Program-made: the position numbers and the translations under genes | Shown: in pieces, positions 1-6,819 of the stretch | Position numbering within the stretch: position 1 is the stretch's first letter | Layout of the letters: every line of letters starts with the position of its first letter | DNA from: an uncultured Clostridia bacterium | GTDB taxonomy: Bacteria > Bacillota > Clostridia > TANB77 > CAG-508 | Assembly: GCA_949747775.1 (NCBI GenBank) | Contig: CATKGX010000102.1 | Location: 1 to 32,000 of the forward strand | DNA: 32,000 nt | Direction: 5' to 3' | The notes under the pieces: model-generated | Databases searched by the model: none | The model's input: only the letters and a program-made list of their open reading frames with translations | Told to the model about the DNA's origin: nothing

Positions 1-1
1 A

Positions 2-145
2 GAAGTAGCATGGGGAAGAGGTCAAACAGAAACAGTAGAAAGTATTTTTGGATATACAGTATCTGCAGCAAAAGGAAAACCTACAAACAGCGAGTTTATT
101 GCAATGATAGCAGATAAATTAAGATTAGAATTAAAAAGTGCATAA
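2..145 (+). CDS. 3' end of an upstream gene (47 codons visible), product unknown
   Basis: Frame is open from the window edge to TAA at 143-145: ...[48 protein letters not shown] recognise no family by eye. Confidence 0.4.
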   Translation, partial: EVAWGRGQTETVESIFGYTVSAAKGKPTNSEFIAMIADKLRLELKSA

Positions 146-358
146 GATATGCTATAATCAACCAATAGTAAGCAATACAACAATTACATAATCTGCATTA
201 CTACCAACTAATTATGATTTATTGGTAATAAATGTAGTAATAAATTGCTAGGAATGCAATAAACTAAAATAAATAAAAGCAATAAACTTCCAAAATTTAT
301 TGGATGAATTCTAAAAATGTTTAGAATGAAATTTAATAAAGATTGGAGGTTTTTTTGT

Positions 359-1357
359 ATGGAAAAAATTGATATGGAGGTGGACGATTTTCTTTCCTAT
401 TGTGATTATAAAGGACTAGCAACAAAGACAATTAGAAGTTATGACCAAACTTTAAAATTATTTTTGCAATATTTAAAAGATGAATGTAATATTAAAAATT
501 CTAATCAAGTAACAGAATCACATATAAAAAATTATATTGCAAATGTAAAAGAAAGAGGCAAATACACAGTGGTTAGTGATAGTCATAGTAAGAAACAAAA
601 TATTCCAGAGCATAGACGAGATTTTGGAAAAAAAGTGAGTATAGCTACTGTAAATAATTATACTAGAAATATAAGAGTCTATTTTAACTATATGTATGAG
701 AATAGATTAATAAAGATAAATCCTGTACAAAAAGTGAAAGTAATTAAGACACCAAGGAAAGTGAAAGGATATTTAGATGATAAAGAAATGAATAATTTAT
801 TTAAGTGCTTTGATTCTTCTAAATTTCATGAGTACAGAGATTATGTAATTACACAACTTATTTTTGATACTGGAATGCGTTGTGGAGAATGCCTTATGAT
901 AAGAGATGAAACAGATATTAACTTTAATGATAGGAGTATCTTTTTACCTGCTGAAAATACCAAAGGGAAGAAAGATAGATATGTTTTCTTTTCACAAAGT
1001 ATGGCAACTGAACTTAGAAGATGGTTACAGTATAGAGATAGGTATAAAGATAGTGAGTTTTGTTTTTGTACAACAAAAGGAAAAAATCTAGAGGTAAGAA
1101 GTTTTGAAAGTAATTTTACAAAGTATGGAGAAAGGATAGGGAATAAAGATATACATCCACATTTGTTAAGAAACAACTTGGCTAAAAGATTTTTAATGGA
1201 AGGTGGAGATATTTATACATTATCTCAAATATTAGGACATTCAAGTGTAAAAGTAACAGAGGAATCATATTTAGATTTAACGACAGAAAATTTAAGAACT
1301 AAGTATCAGAAATATTCTCCTCTTATGAATTTAAAGAAAGTAGGAGGAAAGAGATAA
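359..1357 (+). CDS. Tyrosine site-specific recombinase / phage-type integrase (XerC/D superfamily)
   Basis: ORF 317-1357. The N-terminal SAM-like core-binding domain begins FLSYCDYKGLATKTIRSYDQTL. Catalytic signature: R in DTGMRCGE, H-x-x-R in HPHLLRNNLAKRF, LGHSSVKVTEESY with the terminal Tyr. I prefer ATG 359 (MEKIDMEV) because GGAGG at 346-350 sits 8 nt upstream, and no RBS precedes 317. Confidence 0.88.
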   Translation: MEKIDMEVDDFLSYCDYKGLATKTIRSYDQTLKLFLQYLKDECNIKNSNQVTESHIKNYIANVKERGKYTVVSDSHSKKQNIPEHRRDFGKKVSIATVNNYTRNIRVYFNYMYENRLIKINPVQKVKVIKTPRKVKGYLDDKEMNNLFKCFDSSKFHEYRDYVITQLIFDTGMRCGECLMIRDETDINFNDRSIFLPAENTKGKKDRYVFFSQSMATELRRWLQYRDRYKDSEFCFCTTKGKNLEVRSFESNFTKYGERIGNKDIHPHLLRNNLAKRFLMEGGDIYTLSQILGHSSVKVTEESYLDLTTENLRTKYQKYSPLMNLKKVGGKR

Positions 1358-1635
1358 TGAAGAAAATATCAGAAGCGGAGTTAAGAGAGTTATTAAAGGA
1401 ATATAGGGAAAAAGAGTTAGAAATAAAATTGGAGGGAGTTATCAGTGGAAATATACATATTGATAAATTAGCATTTGTGATTACTTCTAATAAAATGATT
1501 TTTATAGATGAGAAAGAAGGTATTACAGAATTAAAAATAGAAACATTTATGGTTTACAGTATATTATTTAATGAAAAGAGAAAAACAATAGAAATAAAAT
1601 TAGATAATGATGAAAATATAAGGTTAGACTTGTAA
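1357..1635 (+). CDS. Hypothetical 92-aa protein, translationally coupled to the integrase
   Basis: ATG overlaps the integrase TAA by 1 nt (TAATG). AGGAGG lies about 10 nt upstream. No recognisable motif. Confidence 0.55.
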   Translation: MKKISEAELRELLKEYREKELEIKLEGVISGNIHIDKLAFVITSNKMIFIDEKEGITELKIETFMVYSILFNEKRKTIEIKLDNDENIRLDL

Positions 1636-1637
1636 TC

Positions 1638-1653
1638 ATTGGACTATTGGACT
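1638..1653 (+). repeat. Tandem 8-mer ATTGGACT x2; further TGGACT copies at 1690-1695 (inverted) and 2044-2049
   Basis: Read directly: cATTGGACTATTGGACTg. The inverted copy is cAGTCCAg at 1689-1696, and aacTGGACTc lies at 2041-2050. Confidence 0.6.
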
Positions 1654-1831
1654 GAAATGTAGAAGGTATTGATATACAGAGAAAAATGCAGTCCAGTATA
1701 ATTTCAAAGACCATACTAGAATTAATCCTAATAAAATTATAGAAATATGTTTATTTGCATTGTTTTTTACCCAAAAGTATTGTAAAATATTACCAACCTT
1801 TTTCTAAAAGGTAGAAAGGGGTGAGAACAGG

Positions 1832-1930
1832 ATGACAAACGCAGAACTTGTTTTGAAGTTAGTGGAAATGCTTTTGAAAGAAAAAGATGAAGCTATCAAG
1901 GCAAAACAACAAGACAAAACCGAAGACTAA
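1832..1930 (+). CDS. Possible 32-aa hydrophilic peptide (MTNAELVLKLVEMLLKEKDEAIKAKQQDKTED)
   Basis: ATG 1832 is preceded by AAAGGGGTGAG. A strong terminator follows 20 nt after the stop. Below the ORF-track length cut-off; no homology recognised. Confidence 0.3.
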   Translation: MTNAELVLKLVEMLLKEKDEAIKAKQQDKTED

Positions 1931-1950
1931 TGTATTTGTACATAAGTCAA

Positions 1951-1986
1951 AACAGAGTAGAAGTTGCAGTCTACTCTGTTTTTTTG
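1951..1986 (+). terminator. Rho-independent terminator (11-bp stem, loop AGTTGCAG, T-run)
   Basis: AACAGAGTAGA (1951-1961) pairs perfectly with TCTACTCTGTT (1970-1980), followed by TTTTT. Confidence 0.8.
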
Positions 1987-1995
1987 CACAAAAAA

Positions 1996-2020
1996 GTATG
2001 TGTAGTTGCAGTACACATAC
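1996..2020 (+). other. Second hairpin sharing the 9-mer AGTTGCAGT with the terminator hairpin
   Basis: GTATGTGTA (1996-2004) pairs with TACACATAC (2012-2020), loop GTTGCAG. No T-run follows. Confidence 0.55.
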
Positions 2021-2183
2021 AGAACGAATGACATCCGCAGAACTGGACTCATCCTAATGTAACTATATAATAGCACATATTCCATTATATGTCAAATATA
2101 AAACTTTAATTCTTTAGATTTTGGTTCAAATGCTAATGAAGTGTTTGTTCTACAGCAATTCGATTGGATGTTGCATAATGTAA

Positions 2184-2212
2184 TTGACAAAATTTATGTT
2201 AAGTGATACAAT
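2184..2212 (+). promoter_or_regulatory. Near-consensus sigma-A promoter with extended -10 for the AAA+/M41 gene
   Basis: TTGACA (2184-2189), 17-nt spacer, TACAAT (2207-2212), with TG at 2204-2205 giving TGnTACAAT. The GAGGAGG RBS lies before ATG 2263. Confidence 0.7.
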
Positions 2213-2262
2213 AAGGGCGTCGTATAATACATACATAAATATAACAAGAGGAGGACAGAAAA

Positions 2263-4242
2263 ATGACTGTTAAAGTTATGTATGATTTGAGGACGCTAGA
2301 GGTTTTTAAACGGGCGCAAAGGTTTTGCACAGAAAATGGTATGGAATCAATTGAGACTTTCGTTTTGTTTTGTGAAATGATGAAAGAGTCTGAATGCGAA
2401 TTTTATGAGTATCTTCAATGTGCAGTTGAGTATGGAAACGAGGATATTGAAGATAGCATGAGGTTTTGTCTAGAAGAACTTGTGGAAGAGAGGCAGAAGA
2501 ATCAAGAACAAGATGGTGATGAATTTTCTATTACAGTAGGTGAAGAAGTTTACAGTTATTGGGTAACCAAAGAATTGAAAGAAATTACAGAACTTGTGGT
2601 AGGAAGGCTCAATATGATGGCTCAACAACTAGAGGAAAATGCTTCGGCATTGGGATTTCCCGAAGATGCAAATGAATGTCATTTGGGTGTTAGTGTTGAT
2701 ACTTTTATGACATGTATTATTGCTATGATGCCAAATGAAGTGGCTAAATTTGTAAGAAGAATGGATCTTACAGTTTCTCAGGTGAAATCAGACTTTTTGT
2801 CGTACGAAGACGAGGAAGATGAAAAGGAAATTGAAGTGAAATTTGACGCTAAAGCAGGACTTCCAAAAGAACTACAGTCATTTCTTACTGTAATGGAAGG
2901 AAGGCCAAATGAAAAAAATCTAATTCTTGGTAGAGATAAAGAGACCAGACAACTTTGGAGCATTATTTCTAAAAGGAATAAGAGAAATGCAATTTTGGTT
3001 GGAGAACCTGGAGTAGGAAAAACTGCTTTGATTCGCAAATTGGCTCAAGATATTGCAAACGGTGATTGTCCAGAAAAATTTAAAGATTACAAAGTTATTT
3101 CTTTGGATATGACAGGAGCTGTAGCAGGAACTATGTATCGTGGGCAAGCTGAAGAGAGGTTTCAGCTGCTAACAAAGTTCTTGCAACAAAATGATAAAGT
3201 CATTTTGTTCATTGATGAAGTTCATACAATGCTAGGAGCGGGGTCGTCTAAAGAAGGAGAACTTGATTTGTCCAATGCGATGAAACCACTTTTGGCAAGT
3301 GACAAGGGAATTGTTATTGGTGCGACAACAACAAGAGAATATATTAGGTTCTTTTCAAAAGACGGAGCTCTGAAGCGTCGTTTTGAAAAGGTAGAAGTGA
3401 AAGAGCCTAGAGCGGAGCAAGTGTACGTAATGATTCGAAATCAAATTGAACGTTTGGAAGAGTACCATGAAGTAAAAATAGACAGAACGGTGGTAAACTT
3501 TATTATTTTTGCAGCTTCGTGCTTCCAGTATGAGACTAAAAATCCAGACAGAACATTGGATCTGATAGATAGGTCTATGGTGGTAGCAAAAGAAGCAGGG
3601 AGAGATACTGTAACCAAAAATGATGTCTTGGAGAACTTCGCGGTTAACTTCGAAAGCTTTAAGAAGATGGACCAAAAGTTTAAGAAATCTACAGCTTGCC
3701 ATGAAGCGGGACACTTTGTTGTTCACGAAATGAGTGGAAGGCTAGTAGACCGCCGTGTGACTGCTATTTCTATTTTGCCAGCAGACTCATATTTGGGAGT
3801 TAATGTATTCGAAAGGACAGACAAAGAAGTTTTTAAAACAATGGACTATTATATTGACTACTTGGCAGAATGCTTGGCGGGTAGAGAAGCAGAAATATTA
3901 ATGAATGTAGAAGCAAAAAATTCAGGTGTAGCAAGTGATTTGGATATGGCTACGAAGCAGGCCTATCAAATTATTACGGAATACGGAATGGTAGAAAACT
4001 ATAATATAGCTTATTTGAATGATGACGAAGTGAAGCTAATAAGCGACAAGACAGTAGAGAAAATTCAAAGTGCTGTTGAAGAGCTTTTAACTAAGGCGCG
4101 TGCAAGAGCTCAAAAGCTACTGTTTGATAACTATAGATTGCTTGAAGATGTTACCAGACAGCTTTTGAAGAAAAAGATGCTTTCCCAAAAAGACTTAGAC
4201 AAAATTGTACGTGATTATAAAAAAACTTGCATAAAAGCGTAA
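2263..4242 (+). CDS. Chimeric soluble protease: Clp_N-like N-terminus + ClpA/B/C-type AAA+ D1 module + FtsH-type peptidase M41 domain (659 aa)
   Basis: The D1 module aligns by eye to ClpB/ClpC D1: LILGRDKETRQLWSIISKRNKRNAILVGEPGVGKTAL (Walker A, 3001-3024). Pore loop is AGTMYRGQAEERF and Walker B is ILFIDEVH (3202-3225), followed by GATTTREY..FSKDGALKRRFEKVEV. C-terminal M41 motifs: HEAGH (3700-3714), LAGREAEIL (third zinc-ligand Glu region) and SGVASDLDMATKQAYQIITEYGM. No transmembrane segment. Confidence 0.85.
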   Translation: MTVKVMYDLRTLEVFKRAQRFCTENGMESIETFVLFCEMMKESECEFYEYLQCAVEYGNEDIEDSMRFCLEELVEERQKNQEQDGDEFSITVGEEVYSYWVTKELKEITELVVGRLNMMAQQLEENASALGFPEDANECHLGVSVDTFMTCIIAMMPNEVAKFVRRMDLTVSQVKSDFLSYEDEEDEKEIEVKFDAKAGLPKELQSFLTVMEGRPNEKNLILGRDKETRQLWSIISKRNKRNAILVGEPGVGKTALIRKLAQDIANGDCPEKFKDYKVISLDMTGAVAGTMYRGQAEERFQLLTKFLQQNDKVILFIDEVHTMLGAGSSKEGELDLSNAMKPLLASDKGIVIGATTTREYIRFFSKDGALKRRFEKVEVKEPRAEQVYVMIRNQIERLEEYHEVKIDRTVVNFIIFAASCFQYETKNPDRTLDLIDRSMVVAKEAGRDTVTKNDVLENFAVNFESFKKMDQKFKKSTACHEAGHFVVHEMSGRLVDRRVTAISILPADSYLGVNVFERTDKEVFKTMDYYIDYLAECLAGREAEILMNVEAKNSGVASDLDMATKQAYQIITEYGMVENYNIAYLNDDEVKLISDKTVEKIQSAVEELLTKARARAQKLLFDNYRLLEDVTRQLLKKKMLSQKDLDKIVRDYKKTCIKA

Positions 4243-4259
4243 CTCAATTATCCTCTTAT

Positions 4260-4293
4260 CCCCATGATGTTAGTTGTCATGGGGAGTTTTTTT
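4260..4293 (+). terminator. Rho-independent terminator of the AAA+/M41 gene
   Basis: CCCCATGA (4260-4267) pairs with TCATGGGG (4277-4284), then AGTTTTTTT. Confidence 0.8.
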
Positions 4294-4295
4294 GC

Positions 4296-4326
4296 TAAAA
4301 AAGCACTAAGTAAAAACTTAGTGCTT
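4296..4326 (-). terminator. Rho-independent terminator of glmS
   Basis: AAGCACTAAG (4301-4310) pairs with CTTAGTGCTT (4317-4326). On the minus strand the stem is followed by TTTTTTAG. Confidence 0.75.
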
Positions 4327-4333
4327 AATATTT

Positions 4334-6175
4334 TTATTCAACAGTTACAGATTTAGCAAGATTTCTTGGTTTATCTACATCCAATCCTTTGTTTTTTGAA
4401 ATATAGTATGAAAGTAATTGCAAAGGTACAACAGAAAGGATAGGAGAGATAAGAGGATTTGTTTCTGGTATTGTTACAACAAAGTCAAAATGAGCATTTG
4501 GTAATACTTGATTTGTAACAACCAATGTTTTAGCACCTCTTGTAATAACTTCTTGTAAATTGCTAATTGATTTTTCTACTAAACTTGAGTCTGTCATAAT
4601 ACCAATAACGGTTACGTCATTTTCAATTAAAGCAATTGGTCCATGTTTTAGTTCTCCTGCTGCATAGGCTTCTGAATGAATATATGAAATTTCTTTTAAT
4701 TTCAAAGAGCCTTCTAAAGCTACTGTTTGGTCAACACCACGTCCTAAAAAGAACATATCTTTTTGCGTATATACTTTTTTAGCAAATTCTTCAATTTCAG
4801 CTGTATTTTCTAAAATAGTTTCTATTTTGGTAGGCAAGTCTAAAATATCAGATTTTAACTTTTCTATTTCTTCAGGTGTAACACTATTTAATATTTCAGC
4901 AAAGTGCATTGCCAAAATAGAAAGTAGTACAACTTGCGAAGTATATGCTTTTGTAGAAGCTACTGCAATTTCAGGACCTGCATGTGTGTATATAGAATAA
5001 TCTGCTTCTCTTGTAATAGAACTTCCAATAACATTAGAAATAGCAAGTGTTTTAGCTCCTTTTGATTTTGCAAGCTTTAATGCTGCAATTGTATCTGCGG
5101 TTTCACCAGATTGGCTAATATAAATACAAAGTGTTTTATTATCTATTAATGGATCTCGATATCTAAACTCAGATGCAATATCTACTGTAACTGGTATTTT
5201 ACAAAGCTTTTCTAAAGCAATTTTTCCAACAAGTCCTGCGTGCATTGCAGTACCACAAGCAACAATATATATTTTATTAATCGTACTTAAATATTCTTTT
5301 GAAATTTCTAAGTCATCAAAACTACAAGGTTCTCCTAAACGGAATCTTGAGCCAATTGTTTCTCTAATAGAATTTGGTTGTTCAAAAATTTCTTTTAGCA
5401 TAAAATCTTCAAATCCATCTTTTCCAACAGATGCTGCATCCCATTCAATATTTTTAACTGGCTTGTTATGTTCAATTAGGCTATCATCAAAAAAGTGAAT
5501 AGCATCTTTGTAAATAACAGCAAATTCCTTATCATCTAATAAATAGAAATTTTTGGTATAGCTTAAGATAGCTGGAATATCAGAAGCAATAAAGTTTTCA
5601 CCTTCTGCTTTTCCAATAACAAGTGGACTATCTTTTCTAACTACAATAGCTTTATCAGGAAACATAGGAGAAATAACTTCTATGGCATAGCTTCCTTTTA
5701 GGTCGTCTGTAGCGGCTTTTACTGCGCTTAAAAATTTATCTTCATGAATGTGAACACCATTATGAAAATAGTAATGAATTAGATTAGGAATCACTTCTGT
5801 ATCTGTTTGAGATAAGAATGTATATCCTTTTTCCATTAAGAATTGTCTTAGTTCATTATAATTTTCAATAATACCATTATGTACAACAGCAAAATTTTCG
5901 CTATTATCCATATGAGGATGAGAATTTTCCTTTGAAGGTTTTCCATGAGTTGCCCATCTAGTATGAGCAATACCAATAGTTCCTTCTAAAGTATCAATCC
6001 CTTCTAAAGAATTTAAGTTGTTTACTCTTCCTTTATCTTTTTTTACAACAACTTTATTGTTTTCAAGAACAGCAATTCCTGCTGAATCATATCCTCTGTA
6101 TTCTAGGCATACTAGCCCATTTATTAAAATTGGGGTGGCTTTTTTGTTTCCTACATATCCAACAATTCCACACAT
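4334..6175 (-). CDS. glmS: Glutamine--fructose-6-phosphate aminotransferase (isomerizing)
   Basis: 613 aa. It starts MCGIVGY with the Cys2 nucleophile. Two SIS domains are present and it ends ...KPRNLAKSVTVE, the canonical GlmS C-terminus. GGAGG RBS. Confidence 0.97.
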   Translation of the reverse strand: MCGIVGYVGNKKATPILINGLVCLEYRGYDSAGIAVLENNKVVVKKDKGRVNNLNSLEGIDTLEGTIGIAHTRWATHGKPSKENSHPHMDNSENFAVVHNGIIENYNELRQFLMEKGYTFLSQTDTEVIPNLIHYYFHNGVHIHEDKFLSAVKAATDDLKGSYAIEVISPMFPDKAIVVRKDSPLVIGKAEGENFIASDIPAILSYTKNFYLLDDKEFAVIYKDAIHFFDDSLIEHNKPVKNIEWDAASVGKDGFEDFMLKEIFEQPNSIRETIGSRFRLGEPCSFDDLEISKEYLSTINKIYIVACGTAMHAGLVGKIALEKLCKIPVTVDIASEFRYRDPLIDNKTLCIYISQSGETADTIAALKLAKSKGAKTLAISNVIGSSITREADYSIYTHAGPEIAVASTKAYTSQVVLLSILAMHFAEILNSVTPEEIEKLKSDILDLPTKIETILENTAEIEEFAKKVYTQKDMFFLGRGVDQTVALEGSLKLKEISYIHSEAYAAGELKHGPIALIENDVTVIGIMTDSSLVEKSISNLQEVITRGAKTLVVTNQVLPNAHFDFVVTIPETNPLISPILSVVPLQLLSYYISKNKGLDVDKPRNLAKSVTVE

Positions 6176-6244
6176 AAAAAAATACCTCCTTAAAATGATA
6201 TTAGAGAGTGTCTCTAATATTTATTCTAAAAAAGCGTCACAAAT

Positions 6245-6394
6245 AAAAGGTACCCTATTAGATTTGTAAGCTGATATTACTATCAGGTTTTGACTAATAT
6301 TTATGGCAGTAACCTATGCCAAGAAACCATCCGCCGAATATTTCGATTAGTTTCTATCCTCGTCAACACTATTACTTAGTGTCCAGGCGCTTGT
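6245..6394 (-). promoter_or_regulatory. glmS ribozyme (GlcN6P-dependent self-cleaving 5'-UTR element)
   Basis: The minus strand reads caA/GCGCCUGGACACUAAGUAAUAGUGUUGACGAGGAUAGAAACUAAUCGAAAUAUUCGGCGGAUGGUUUCUUGGC... It matches the conserved AGCGCC cleavage site, the P1 hairpin, the GACGAGGA core and the CGGCGGAUG pseudoknot partner. It sits directly upstream of glmS. The 3' boundary is approximate. Confidence 0.9.
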
Positions 6395-6464
6395 AAATAT
6401 AAAATAAATACTCCTTTCTATATAAATTTATTATATTTGTAAAGTCTTTTTTAGTTACCGTATT

Positions 6465-6493
6465 ATATTACTATAAAAAAGAATATGTGTCAA
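6465..6493 (-). promoter_or_regulatory. Putative sigma-A promoter for the glmS leader
   Basis: Minus strand: TTGACA (6493-6488), 17-nt spacer, TAATAT (6470-6465). Confidence 0.5.
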
Positions 6494-6572
6494 ATAAACC
6501 TAAAGATTATATTAAACAGACTAATATTTATTCAGCTATTTTGATAAAAGGACAATAAATTTAACTCACACA

Positions 6573-6695
6573 GCTTTGGAAGTGTACGCATCTGAAGGAC
6601 GCGCGGGGTTTATGTTTTAAAGGAGTGAGCCTGCCGAACGGTTTAAAATATAAACCCCATATGCAGGACTTATCCCACCCCGATTCTTCCAAAGC
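6573..6695. ncRNA. Candidate structured RNA or palindromic element, class unknown
   Basis: A GC-rich block in AT-rich intergenic DNA. A perfect 10-bp outer helix pairs GCTTTGGAAG (6573-6582) with CTTCCAAAGC (6686-6695). A 14-bp inner helix pairs GGGGTTTATGTTTT (6605-6618) with AAAATATAAACCCC (6645-6658). A second C-tract, CCCACCCC (6674-6681), could pair with the same GGGG instead. Confidence 0.4.
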
Positions 6696-6755
6696 GTTAT
6701 ACAATGCTAAGCTTCTAACAAACGATTTTATTTTCAACGAAACAAGTAGGTATGC

Positions 6756-6784
6756 TTGAAAATGAATGGAAAAGATTATATAAT
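6756..6784 (+). promoter_or_regulatory. Putative sigma-A promoter for uvrC
   Basis: TTGAAA (6756-6761), 17-nt spacer, TATAAT (6779-6784), 36 nt before ATG 6820. Confidence 0.6.
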
Positions 6785-6819
6785 AAATAAGGTAGAAGTT
6801 TGAAAAATAGGGGATATAT

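Noticed and set aside
317-358. Longer N-terminal extensions offered by the ORF track (integrase from 317, permease from 13927, kinase from 13098, hydC from 23352, surface protein from 21874, DUF3048 from 20586, yqfC from 16487)
   Set aside because: In each case a downstream start has a properly spaced Shine-Dalgarno sequence and matches the usual family N-terminus, while the upstream start lacks an RBS or overlaps the preceding gene.
6573-6695. Assigning the structured element to a known RNA class (6S, SRP, c-di-AMP/ydaO riboswitch, T-box, RsaE-like sRNA)
   Set aside because: It is too short for 6S or Bacillus-type SRP RNA and lacks the SRP GGAA/AGCA loop motifs. It shows only vague resemblance to ydaO blocks and has no T-box or specifier features. 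It is left unclassified rather than named.
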